This document shows, in pieces, positions 9,060 through 18,755 of a DNA stretch of 64,000 nt. The translations under genes and the position numbers were made by a program. A model generated the notes under the pieces. The model did no database searches. It worked only from the letters and a program-made list of their open reading frames with translations, and had not been told where the DNA came from. This stretch comes from Candidatus Thorarchaeota archaeon (GTDB lineage Archaea > Asgardarchaeota > Thorarchaeia > Thorarchaeales > Thorarchaeaceae), in NCBI GenBank assembly GCA_004524445.1, contig SDNP01000011.1:1-64000 (forward strand), read 5' to 3'. How positions within the stretch are numbered: the first letter of the stretch is position 1; every line of letters begins with the position of its first letter.

Positions 9060-9878
9060 GTGACTGCAATGCTCAGGCTAGGCGTAGGTCAGATGGAACC
9101 CGTGGTTCATGACCAAGATGGCAATATGGAAAAAATGCGGGAACTGCTTTCATCTGCCGCAAAGGAAGATGTTGATGTCTTAGTTCTACCTGAACTGCTC
9201 AATTCAGGCTATTTCTTTGAGAATCAGGAAGAGGCTATTGAGATGTCTGAGCAGATTCCTGGTGGGCGATTCTCATCCGAGCTAAAGAAGTGGAGCAAGA
9301 AGAATCGCATGGTTGTTGCAGGCATTGATGAGAAAACCGAAGAGGGGCTGTACAATTCAGCGGCAGTCTTCGGGAATGGAAAACATCTTGCTACGTATAG
9401 GAAAATCCATTTGTTCGATGCAGAAAAAATATGGTTCTTGCCGGGGCAGGAAGTATCACCCATTATAAATTTCAAGAATTATCGCTTTGGAGTCATCATC
9501 TGTTATGACTGGGCATTTCCTGAATTGTCGAGAATTCTTGCGTTGAATGGTGCTCAAGTAATTCTACACCCCGCAAATCTTCTCTTAAGCTACTGCCCGA
9601 GGGCAATGATCACACGCTCAATTGAAAACTGGATATTCACTGCAACTGCAAGCAGGATTGGAGTGGAACGGGGAACAAAATTTCTGGGGTTCTCACAGGT
9701 CACAGACCCAAGAGGGCATATCCTACTGCAAATGGATGCCAGCGAACATGGTGTTGCATGGGTTGATGTGGATCCCGCAGTTGCTGATGAGAAGATGATT
9801 ACGAAACAGAATAATGTCTTGAAAGATAGAAGACCAGAGTTGTATGGATCACTAGCGGAGATTCTCCACAAGGAATAG
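9060..9878 (+). CDS. Nitrilase/carbon-nitrogen hydrolase family protein
   Basis: Catalytic E-K-C motifs LPEL, YRKIHLF and ICYDWAFPE. C-terminal DRRPELY. Confidence 0.9.
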   Translation: MTAMLRLGVGQMEPVVHDQDGNMEKMRELLSSAAKEDVDVLVLPELLNSGYFFENQEEAIEMSEQIPGGRFSSELKKWSKKNRMVVAGIDEKTEEGLYNSAAVFGNGKHLATYRKIHLFDAEKIWFLPGQEVSPIINFKNYRFGVIICYDWAFPELSRILALNGAQVILHPANLLLSYCPRAMITRSIENWIFTATASRIGVERGTKFLGFSQVTDPRGHILLQMDASEHGVAWVDVDPAVADEKMITKQNNVLKDRRPELYGSLAEILHKE

Positions 9879-9958
9879 ATCGATTGATGGAGATGGGGGG
9901 TTCTCTCAGCCTCGCGAAAGCCGATGTCATCTATGACAAGCTTGAAGCAGATGTCTTG

Positions 9959-10183
9959 CTATATTGACACACAAGTTTCTGTGCTCTTAATCCCAGGAAT
10001 CTCATGGATTGCAAAGACCACTCGACGATAATCTGATTTCTCTGGCAACTCAACATAAGCGATGACATCATACGGCCCAGTTACCAAGTGAACTATCTCT
10101 ACCTCATCAATTTCCTTGACTTTCTCATAGACTTGTTCAGCCTTTCCAACCTCTACATGCATTAGAACAACTGCCGTAACCAT
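9959..10183 (-). CDS. Stand-alone Lrp/AsnC ligand-binding (RAM) domain protein
   Basis: VHLVTGPYDVIA..IPGIKSTET. No HTH. Confidence 0.85.
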   Translation of the reverse strand: MVTAVVLMHVEVGKAEQVYEKVKEIDEVEIVHLVTGPYDVIAYVELPEKSDYRRVVFAIHEIPGIKSTETCVSI

Positions 10184-10423
10184 ATTGACGACCACGGAAT
10201 GTGAATTTCTCATACATAGTATGACCCCTATACTGAAAAGGATAGCTTAATCGGGTCAAGGTACCTGTATTTCTCACATTTGCTGCTATTCTCTTTTCCT
10301 GCAATGCAAGAAGAACTGCTCAACACCCGCTACAATTTGTACATGTGACCAGAATAGAAATAGGCAAAGAAGTAAAATACTCCTTTTGTATCTATATATT
10401 AACTCTCTTGGAGAACACTGAAA

Positions 10424-10645
10424 ATGAGCAAAGGAATTGCGATACTTGGATTGCTACTGATTATTGTTGGCCTGCTTCCTATTTGGGCAGTATATCTACA
10501 ACCGTACGTTGATTTGGCAATGATAGTTGGATACTTCAACCAAAATATATACTCACTAGATTTGGCCGGCTATGTCTTCACTGAAGTCATGCTTGGGCTA
10601 GTAGGCTTTGGAGTTTTACTCCTGATTATTGGTGCAGTCAAATAG
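10424..10645 (+). CDS. Small 2-TM membrane protein
   Basis: GGAG SD, AT-rich upstream element and two hydrophobic segments. Confidence 0.6.
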   Translation: MSKGIAILGLLLIIVGLLPIWAVYLQPYVDLAMIVGYFNQNIYSLDLAGYVFTEVMLGLVGFGVLLLIIGAVK

Positions 10646-10824
10646 GAATCTCAAGTATTAGGTAGTACAATCTAGCTGCATTGGTTTTATCCAATAATGG
10701 ATCGCGCCAGTAAGTGGAATTTGAGATTGATACATCAAGGGCAGGGGAGGCTCTTGATGGGGGCCTTTTGGGAATACTTGAAACCGTACAGAATGGCAGG
10801 CTTGGGGGGTTTTTTTGCTCCAGA

Positions 10825-13314
10825 CTATGGCCAGTCATAGGGCTTTATCTCAGTCCAATCGAATCCCGTAGATGGTCCTGAATGGAGAACAAAATAGTAG
10901 AGACCGGTATCATAGCCACGAAGCTGGAGAACAGGACTGCTGGGAGTCACAAGAAACTCCTCCATTACGGTGAGATTTGAGGAGAGAACCATTCCAGAGA
11001 ATTCGCCATTATGTAGTGTTTCGGAGATGAAGTCGAAAGCAATCCCAGATTCGATGTAAATATACCCCTCAAGAAGCCCTCCAAAGGGGTCCCAAGGATT
11101 TGGTTCCCAATGATAGGTGTTACCCGGTTCGATTGGCTCATTTGCGTTGGTGGGCGACTCGGTGGTTGGAGTAACTCTCATAGTAATTGGAACAGATGTT
11201 TCATTTAGATTTTCTTTGATGAAGATGAGTTTGGTTATGGTGGTGGGACCCGCATCAGGATCTACTGTGTATCCTGGCCATGTACCGTTAACAATCTCAG
11301 TTGAGTAGGAATCATTTGTTCCGTCGGACCAAAACCGTAACACGGTGATATTCCAATGAGAATATCCATCGCTCCAGTTCAGAAAGACGGAGAATGCCTG
11401 AGTGCTGTTCACCTCGATAACCTCATAGACTGACTCTCCGGAGTTCAACAAAACAGTATCACCAATTGTGTCATTATTGTATGTCATCTCAATGCTAGGA
11501 ATGATTCGCATCGTTATCCGCCCGTCTATAGGACCTTCTGTCACTGACTTGACCACCCAAATTCGAGATATCTGCTTCTCTGTTGATGGGTCGATGAAGA
11601 TCTCACCACTCATTGTGGTATCATTCAATTGAACTGGAATGCTTCCATTAGTTCCATCCTCATAGAAGATAAGAACAATCACCGTCCAGTTTTGCGATGC
11701 TCCGCTATGATTCAACTGAATTCTGAAGGAGGTTGTATTGGACACCTCAATCTCCTCTATGACTGCCCCGCCGCCACCTTGGACGCCCACTGTGTCATTG
11801 AGACTGCCGCCAGTATAGTTCAGACGAATGTGGGGCGTATAGACCGGTACACCATTAGCTTGGTGCGAGTCAAGAAGAAGCCAACTGAGAAACAGGCTAT
11901 AAATCTCAGACCATGTCATGTTTAGGGCTTTAGCGAAGGCATCTTTCGGGTCCACATTCCGAGGGTCACCCCGGCCATAGTACTTCGTCCGATTGAAGAC
12001 CTCTAACAGTGTTTCTGTACCAAACGATTCGTTGATGAATTTCACAAAGAGAAATGCGGCCATATACGAATCCCAAGAATGGTCCCAATCATGAAAGGCA
12101 CCTGTGCCATTGATATCTCGAAAATGATCCAACCAGCTTAGTGACCCCAATCGATGAGCCATCTCATTCCATTCAGTCATGGTCATATTGGGATAGTTTC
12201 TAAGCATAGAGTAGACTGCCCAGAACTCAGCCATACCCTCATCCCACCAATAGTCAGGTTCATGTAGAGGATAGTACGCGCCTCCACTAGAGTCTGTTCT
12301 TCGTTTGAACTGGAACAAATGCAGAAGTTCATGCTCACCTACAACTTTGAGCTCTTCTTTCGTTGCATCCCTTCCAACTCTGATGACTATCTCACCATTG
12401 CTATTCGATGAGCCAGTTGACTCAGAACTCCCGCTTCGTACCAGTCTGATTTTAATCTCATTACCGGTTGCAGTTGCTGGATCAGTAAAGTTATGCTCCC
12501 GGAAGAAATTCAATGAAAAATTGATGTGTTCCTTGACAAGCGCTACGACAGATGCATTGACACCGGGTCCTGGCGTAATGGTTACGTTCTCACCCCGGTC
12601 ATTTTCGGGACGTACTAATCCATCTGGCTCTGGGACTATCCTGATTCCGTTATAGATGAATACTTCTTCACCACCATATGTGCCAGTGGTCGTTAGAATC
12701 TCTACGTTTGGCTCACCGGGTGTTGCCATTGTTGATATCCATGACTCCGAATAGTCATTTTCGTTCCCCATCAGCGAGATTGAGTCTTCTTCTGAGGAGG
12801 GTATATCAATACCTAACTCAGAGTCGGTCCAGTCCCCAAGTACTTCGTCACCGTTCCCACCGCCATATCGCATGAAGCTAACAAGTCTTCCTTCAGAGTC
12901 GTGAAGGCCAACCTCATCGCCAGAAGAATCAAGTATTTCCGCTTCGTCAGTATGAATGGTGACTTGCCCATCACTAGCATCCAGATCATCGATGCCCTCA
13001 CTCCATGAAATCAAAATGAAAAGAGATTCAGAATTGCCGCCAAAAACAGGAAGAATGATTCGATCCTCATCATAGGTTGTTACAATCCAATCTTCCATGT
13101 CGTCATGTCCAGTGGAGGTGTATAGCTCCACATAGGCATTGGTTGATTCAGTCCCAGGTCGAACTTCATTAATCAGGACATCCTGATAGGAGCTCGATTT
13201 TTCATCAACAAGCTCAACAGGGGGACTTATGTGGCCCTGCATTAGCAGAATATAACTTACGGCAGCAACCCCGATTACAATGATTATGACAATTGCAGCA
13301 GCACGACGATTCAT
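10825..13314 (-). CDS. Membrane-anchored surface protein: lamin-tail-like domain + gluzincin-type zinc metallopeptidase + beta-rich domains
   Basis: N-terminal anchor and LTD-like VLINEV.P..YVELY..TPGEPN. HELLH (HExxH) with downstream WWDEGMAE. Many N-x-S/T sequons. GAGGT SD before MNRR. Confidence 0.7.
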   Translation of the reverse strand: MNRRAAAIVIIIVIGVAAVSYILLMQGHISPPVELVDEKSSSYQDVLINEVRPGTESTNAYVELYTSTGHDDMEDWIVTTYDEDRIILPVFGGNSESLFILISWSEGIDDLDASDGQVTIHTDEAEILDSSGDEVGLHDSEGRLVSFMRYGGGNGDEVLGDWTDSELGIDIPSSEEDSISLMGNENDYSESWISTMATPGEPNVEILTTTGTYGGEEVFIYNGIRIVPEPDGLVRPENDRGENVTITPGPGVNASVVALVKEHINFSLNFFREHNFTDPATATGNEIKIRLVRSGSSESTGSSNSNGEIVIRVGRDATKEELKVVGEHELLHLFQFKRRTDSSGGAYYPLHEPDYWWDEGMAEFWAVYSMLRNYPNMTMTEWNEMAHRLGSLSWLDHFRDINGTGAFHDWDHSWDSYMAAFLFVKFINESFGTETLLEVFNRTKYYGRGDPRNVDPKDAFAKALNMTWSEIYSLFLSWLLLDSHQANGVPVYTPHIRLNYTGGSLNDTVGVQGGGGAVIEEIEVSNTTSFRIQLNHSGASQNWTVIVLIFYEDGTNGSIPVQLNDTTMSGEIFIDPSTEKQISRIWVVKSVTEGPIDGRITMRIIPSIEMTYNNDTIGDTVLLNSGESVYEVIEVNSTQAFSVFLNWSDGYSHWNITVLRFWSDGTNDSYSTEIVNGTWPGYTVDPDAGPTTITKLIFIKENLNETSVPITMRVTPTTESPTNANEPIEPGNTYHWEPNPWDPFGGLLEGYIYIESGIAFDFISETLHNGEFSGMVLSSNLTVMEEFLVTPSSPVLQLRGYDTGLYYFVLHSGPSTGFDWTEIKPYDWP

Positions 13315-13478
13315 ATCTATGACCTCAGATAACAAATCATTATTTACTATAGTTAACTTAATATAACACTTCCGCTTCAACTTAGAGTGTGGCTATCTGC
13401 TAATGAGATAGAGTTCCAGCAGGAGAGGAGATGAAGAACAAGGAGTAGATATTGGTCAATCTGGGATTTCTTCAGGAA

Positions 13479-16109
13479 TTACCTACGCCTTTTCTTGATA
13501 CTCCGCCACAAGCAGAATCGTCGTCGTCTTGCATGATGAATCACAATGTTTCCACGCTGTAATTGACCGTATGGGTCAAATCCAGCCTCGTGGAAGAGCA
13601 TACCATTTGAATCATAGATACGAATCTGAAAGACGTCCGTTCTTCCACGTCTGCCTTCGTCCCAGACATCTATTCTGAGATAGTAATCATTACCCAGCCA
13701 CACGAATTGCTTCGTCTTGAAATTCACCTTGAAAATATAGCAGGTCCCCTCAAAGAACGCATGGTCATCAAGAATTGCCAGGCCAACAATCTTCGATGTC
13801 TTGACAAAGAATAGCCAGTCATCTTCCTGATAGATGTACACGGCATGCCCCCAAGGAGTTCCTGATTTCCTGTACTTAGCAAAGAAGGCAAAATGCCCCC
13901 ATTCATCCTCCGAGTCCATGATCCATCCCGCCCCAGTTATGAAGTCACGAGAGGGCTCTGCAATAGTGATGGATACTGGAGAGGAATCCGGACCGGTATA
14001 GTACTCGTTGACATCTGACGGAAATACTACAACAACCGAGTAGTCACCTTCCGGAAGATTCGATATGACTACTGTAACGACTCCTAGTCCGGGGACATCC
14101 GTAGTATTGAGTTGATATGGTCCAAATACAATGACACTTTCAGAACTACTGGAGAAAATTAGAAATGAAACATATGCCTTTGAGATGTTGCCCAAGGATT
14201 CATCTTCGTCTTCGATAACTGTGGCACGAAGGGTGATGGTTTCAGAAGTTGCAGAGGCAACAGTCTGACCCGTATATCTTGCAGCTGCATCCTCTCTTGT
14301 GACAAGAAAACCGACAGCATCTGTTGAGCCAAAATAGGCAGAGTTACCCTCAAAGGAGGAGATCAATGAGTAGTCGCCCGCTGCTACATCTATTACTACT
14401 GACACATCAGCAAAGCCTTCAGAGTCAGTAATAGCGGATATGATTACACCACCAAGCTCAAAGGATACAACTGCACCAGCAATTGGAGACTCAAGAGCGA
14501 CATCGACCAATTGTGCTCTCAGATGTGCGATGTCAGAATAGGTCCCTGATGTATCGCCAATGTATAGAATCTGGGTTGCATTGACAATCAAAGAAACTAA
14601 CTTTTCATTCTCAATGTTTCCAGCATAGTCTGTGCTTCTATATGCAAATGTATGGTTTCCAATCACGGATATATGCAGTGGGTCAATGTAAGATAGCCAG
14701 TCCCCTGAGTCTATTTTGTATTCTATTTTCATCACACCGGAACCAGATGAACCATCTGTTGCAGACAGAGAGAGTTCGGAGGTTGTTGAGATATAGAGCG
14801 GGGCAGTTCCAATAGGTGTCGGTGTTATCGTCAAAATTGTCTGGGGTGTGGTCTTGTCAATCTTGAGCGTGAATATCTGTACTTCTTCCACGTTTCCAAC
14901 GAGATCTGTTGAGCAAAAGTGGATCTCAGTTATCCCTTCTACAGATATTTCGAATGGCGAATGATACTCAGTCCATGTCACTTCATCGAAGCTGTAGAGA
15001 ATAGTATCAACACCAGATTCCTCATCACTGGCAGACAGTGTTACTGTCACATTTGATGTATACCAGTCATTCAATCCAAGACTGCCTTCAACATCAATGG
15101 TTGTGGTTGGCGGAGAGCTGTCGAACTCAATAACCTCGGTCTTTGTGGATTCAACATTGCCAGCCAAATCAGTCGAGTTGTAGTAGACTGTCACGATACC
15201 ACTCGCTGCTACCTCGAACGGATCTTTGTAGATGACCCATTCTTCGCCATCAAGGCTATACATCGTCTGAGCAACACCTGAAATGGAGTCTGTCGCACTC
15301 AAGGTGACAATGAGTCCACCCTCCCCATCCTCTTCATAGGAGAATTCTGTTTGAGGTGCGGTTTTGTCAATTCTGATGAAAACTGTTTCCTCTAAGCGCA
15401 GACCCATATGATCTCTGATAATCCATCTTATCTCGTGCTCACCTTCAGTTTCGAGGGTGAAGCTGTTTCCTACACGGAATGCATCGTAACTGTCGAAATC
15501 AACCGTATACTCAAATTGCGAGAGACCTGAATAATCATCCGTGGCGTTTAGAGTTACTTCCAGATCAGATAGCCACCAGTCATCGTTTCCCTCCATGCCT
15601 GAAATCTGCAAGTCCATCTCAGGAGGGGTAAGGTCTATTCCAATGTAATGGACGTTTGTAGGTTCTACGTTTTCAGCACTGTCTGTGGCGTTATATTCCA
15701 GTATATGTATACCTTCTCCTTCTATTTCAATAATTGTGCCATTTTCATAAGGAAGCCAATCGCCCGAATCCAAGCGATAAGCCCCGGTGGCGACTGATTT
15801 GTCTTTAAGCAAAAATTGTACTTCGACAGGCGAATATCCATACCAGATATCATACCAAGGGGGTTCAACGTTGAGGCTGCTTTTTGGGGGCTCTTCATCG
15901 GGAGGTTCAATTACTTCAGCAGGTTCAACGGTGTATAGATTATCTATATAAGAATCGTAAGTGCGCTTTTCGTGGGTTGGTGTAATGACCTCAGTATTTC
16001 TATCCGTCAGACCATGAAATGCTGGTGATGCAAGTGAAACTCCATTGAAAGCAATGATCAACAGGGCAAATGTGAGCAAAATGCTTGACAGTAGACGTCG
16101 ATTGTTCAT
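13479..16109 (-). CDS. Secreted multi-Ig-like-domain protein (OmpL47-like repeats) with post-COAP-1-like C-terminal domain
   Basis: Signal peptide and about five repeats of D.T.P.T..VTLSA.D..SGV....YS.D..W..Y..STD.AGNVE. C-terminal FITGAGWI..FAFFAKY. Confidence 0.7.
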   Translation of the reverse strand: MNNRRLLSSILLTFALLIIAFNGVSLASPAFHGLTDRNTEVITPTHEKRTYDSYIDNLYTVEPAEVIEPPDEEPPKSSLNVEPPWYDIWYGYSPVEVQFLLKDKSVATGAYRLDSGDWLPYENGTIIEIEGEGIHILEYNATDSAENVEPTNVHYIGIDLTPPEMDLQISGMEGNDDWWLSDLEVTLNATDDYSGLSQFEYTVDFDSYDAFRVGNSFTLETEGEHEIRWIIRDHMGLRLEETVFIRIDKTAPQTEFSYEEDGEGGLIVTLSATDSISGVAQTMYSLDGEEWVIYKDPFEVAASGIVTVYYNSTDLAGNVESTKTEVIEFDSSPPTTTIDVEGSLGLNDWYTSNVTVTLSASDEESGVDTILYSFDEVTWTEYHSPFEISVEGITEIHFCSTDLVGNVEEVQIFTLKIDKTTPQTILTITPTPIGTAPLYISTTSELSLSATDGSSGSGVMKIEYKIDSGDWLSYIDPLHISVIGNHTFAYRSTDYAGNIENEKLVSLIVNATQILYIGDTSGTYSDIAHLRAQLVDVALESPIAGAVVSFELGGVIISAITDSEGFADVSVVIDVAAGDYSLISSFEGNSAYFGSTDAVGFLVTREDAAARYTGQTVASATSETITLRATVIEDEDESLGNISKAYVSFLIFSSSSESVIVFGPYQLNTTDVPGLGVVTVVISNLPEGDYSVVVVFPSDVNEYYTGPDSSPVSITIAEPSRDFITGAGWIMDSEDEWGHFAFFAKYRKSGTPWGHAVYIYQEDDWLFFVKTSKIVGLAILDDHAFFEGTCYIFKVNFKTKQFVWLGNDYYLRIDVWDEGRRGRTDVFQIRIYDSNGMLFHEAGFDPYGQLQRGNIVIHHARRRRFCLWRSIKKRRR

Positions 16110-16457
16110 TATATGGGCCACTACTCCATACGAAGGAGGTAGTTCTGGTTAATTGGTCTCTGTCTTCATGCATAGATTGGGGGTACCGATGACGTCATTC
16201 TCCCTCGTAGTGTTGAATATAATTGTACACTCATGGCTATTAGTGTTCTGATTTGTTCTAGCTCATAACAGGAAGCCATTGGAGCCTTAGCTGGTGAGTC
16301 GTTTTTGCAGTCAGCACCAATCGAGTAATCATTTCTCCAGCGAACATCTGATGATTCATTCCCGTCACGTGACATGAATTCATCTCAAAAATGGATGAGG
16401 TACCTGAAACTAAAGAACTATTGGTCATCAATCCATTATTAACAGGAGGAAAGGCAT

Positions 16458-16775
16458 ATGTCTGACAAGAAGCGTAAGAGCACGAAAGTCATAGCAGAAC
16501 TAGTAATTGCCCCCTACGGAGTGGGAACGAGTCTCAGTGAGTATGTTAAGGAATCGGTAAAGGAGATTGATGATTTCCCGGGCATTAGAGTGCAACACAC
16601 CCCAATGAGTTCCATCATAGAGGCAGACAGTGTTGAAAAGATTCTAGAAGTGACTAAAGCCGCTCATGAGCGCATGTTTGACGCAGGTGCTGCAAGGGTT
16701 TCAACATTACTGAGAATAGATGACAGGCGAGATAAGCCACGAGTGATGGAAGATAAGGTCGAGTCAATTTCATGA
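16458..16775 (+). CDS. MTH1187/YkoF-type thiamine-binding protein
   Basis: IAELVIAP.G..SLSEYV, TPMSSIIE, RVSTLLRIDDRRDK..MEDKV. Confidence 0.85.
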   Translation: MSDKKRKSTKVIAELVIAPYGVGTSLSEYVKESVKEIDDFPGIRVQHTPMSSIIEADSVEKILEVTKAAHERMFDAGAARVSTLLRIDDRRDKPRVMEDKVESIS

Positions 16776-16843
16776 ATAGAAAGATGATGTGCATTTCCTC
16801 TTTGGTAAATCCTTAATTTGTCTAACCTTTTCCAAAACTGCCT

Positions 16844-17686
16844 ATGTCCCAAAGGGAGTTCTCTCAAGTGAATTGCCAGAAATATGACACCGTTGACGAA
16901 TTCCAACAAGAGGTGCTGGAATGGTGGAACGAAAATTCCCGCCAACTCCCGTGGCGAGAAGATCCAACCCCCTACCATGTTCTCGTATCGGAGGTTATGC
17001 TTCAGCAGACACAGGTAAGCCGGGTTGTTCCAAAATACCTAGAGTTTCTTGAGAAGTTCCCAGATTTCGAGTCACTCGCAAATGCGGATACTAGACACCT
17101 CTTACAGGTTTGGAGTGGACTTGGATATAATCGTCGTGCGCTTTGGTTAAGAAACGCGGCACAGGAGATTCTTAGGAGAGGAGAGTTTCCAAAGGAAGAA
17201 GAAGAGCTCAGAGAACTCAAGGGAATAGGGCATTATACGTCACGCTCAATACTCATTTTTGCCTTCAATAGAGATTTGGCGACAGTTGATACGAACATAC
17301 GTAGGGTCCTGATATCCTCGGGTTTTGCCACAGAGGAGATGTCGAGGTCTGAGGTCCAAGATGTTGCAGAAAGGCTTCTTCCCAAGGGAATGTCGAGAGA
17401 CTGGCATAATGCTTTGATGGACTACGGTTCCCTAGTGCTCACATCGAATGCAACTGGAATTACTCCGAAATCTACCCAATCGAGGTTCTCTGGATCATCA
17501 AGAGAGATTCGTGGAGTAGTGATTCAACTGATGATAGAAAATGATGAAATGACAGTGAATCAGCTTTCCTCCGAAATTGAACAGCGAAACCTTGATAGCA
17601 CTGAACTCATGGAGATAGTTGGTCAACTGGTGGAAGAGGGATTCCTTACGTATACGGACTCCGGAACACTATCAATTGCAGGCTAA
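16844..17686 (+). CDS. mutY: MutY-like A/G adenine DNA glycosylase (HhH-GPD) without Fe-S cluster
   Basis: RQLPWR..PYHVLVSEVMLQQTQV, WSGLGYNRRA, LKGIGHYT, VDTNIRRV and ALMDYG. No CX6CX2CX5C. Confidence 0.85.
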   Translation: MSQREFSQVNCQKYDTVDEFQQEVLEWWNENSRQLPWREDPTPYHVLVSEVMLQQTQVSRVVPKYLEFLEKFPDFESLANADTRHLLQVWSGLGYNRRALWLRNAAQEILRRGEFPKEEEELRELKGIGHYTSRSILIFAFNRDLATVDTNIRRVLISSGFATEEMSRSEVQDVAERLLPKGMSRDWHNALMDYGSLVLTSNATGITPKSTQSRFSGSSREIRGVVIQLMIENDEMTVNQLSSEIEQRNLDSTELMEIVGQLVEEGFLTYTDSGTLSIAG

Positions 17687-17834
17687 TTCATCTCTCGAAT
17701 GCGATATCCATTTGATATCAGAGTTGAATAAAAACAATCCCAAAATGCGACAATCCCAACAGTATTAGGAGAATCGGAGAACACAATATTGGATTCCATA
17801 TCATATCTCAAGAATAGAATGGGAAAGGAAAACC

Positions 17835-18041
17835 ATGTTTGAAGACTATAAGACGACCGATTTTGCAGTCTTTTGGATTGGTGGCATCATACTAATGACA
17901 ATTGGCGTGCCAGGGATTCTACTTGGCATCATCTGGCATTATTTCATATTCGGACTGGGTCTCATATTCCTTTTGCTCGGCCTCATTGGACAACGAAGAG
18001 CAGTAGACGAAAACACAGAATATGCACCCAAACCAGCCTGA
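17835..18041 (+). CDS. Small 2-TM membrane protein
   Basis: Two hydrophobic segments and a purine-rich SD. Confidence 0.55.
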   Translation: MFEDYKTTDFAVFWIGGIILMTIGVPGILLGIIWHYFIFGLGLIFLLLGLIGQRRAVDENTEYAPKPA

Positions 18042-18070
18042 TTATCGGGGTTCTCAATCATAGTATGGAG

Positions 18071-18682
18071 CTATTTATTCCGCTTTATTACAAAGACAGC
18101 CAAGGAAACTACCAGTAGAAAGCCGAAGAAAATAGCCATGATCGGATTAGCAAGAGTGGCCCCTATCAACAGTCCGTGTACATACGCGAAGAACAACGCG
18201 AGATAAATTAGCCCATGGAAATATCTCCAAGCCTTTCTAATACGCTGACGCAGGAATGCCGCAAGTACTGCTATGTAGATGACGTAAATTGCCTGACGTC
18301 CCGCAAGAGACCAGAATGCGTACCAGGATGAAACATCAGGAATAAAGACGGTTAAGCTGGCGACATATATGGCAAAGGTCACGGGATGTGCTGTGGCTAG
18401 GATCAGTCCGAGAGCTGCAAACGTATGATGGACAGTCATAAAGGGCCGGCTGAAATGGGTGCGGATTTCCCGCAGATACATCGAGAAAATTGAGGCGATG
18501 ACTAGGGACACAAACCCTGACAGAGCAAAAATCCTAATGACCAATTCGAAGAGATTGTCATACGCAGTGAAAAATGGACCAATCACTGCAACGGAATAGG
18601 TGCCAATAATTGCTAGGATGCCCATTAATCCCCATCTTGAAAGACCTCCAATGTAGCGTTTTTCATCCTGAGAAGAAGCCAT
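18071..18682 (-). CDS. Ferric-reductase-like (MsrQ-type) transmembrane protein
   Basis: About 6 TM segments with His at haem-ligand-like positions (VHH, AHP, WRYFHGLIY, YVHG). AGGTGA SD. Confidence 0.65.
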   Translation of the reverse strand: MASSQDEKRYIGGLSRWGLMGILAIIGTYSVAVIGPFFTAYDNLFELVIRIFALSGFVSLVIASIFSMYLREIRTHFSRPFMTVHHTFAALGLILATAHPVTFAIYVASLTVFIPDVSSWYAFWSLAGRQAIYVIYIAVLAAFLRQRIRKAWRYFHGLIYLALFFAYVHGLLIGATLANPIMAIFFGFLLVVSLAVFVIKRNK

Positions 18683-18755
18683 TTAATCACCTTATTGTAT
18701 TGAAGCTTTTGCTATTTGACTGCGTGGACATATTTCAATTGTTTGGTATCGAAAC

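Noticed and set aside
9889-9934. Resemblance to a fluoride (crcB) riboswitch: GGAGATGG..TTCTCT..GC GAAA GC..GATGTCATCTA
   Set aside because: Loop too long, poor pseudoknot pairing, AAAC linker missing and no downstream gene on that strand (convergent gap).
16166-16407. 69-aa minus-strand ORF and a possible C/D-box sRNA (TGATGA...CTGA)
   Set aside because: The ORF has no SD or motif. Internal C'/D' boxes are unconvincing and no rRNA target could be identified by eye.
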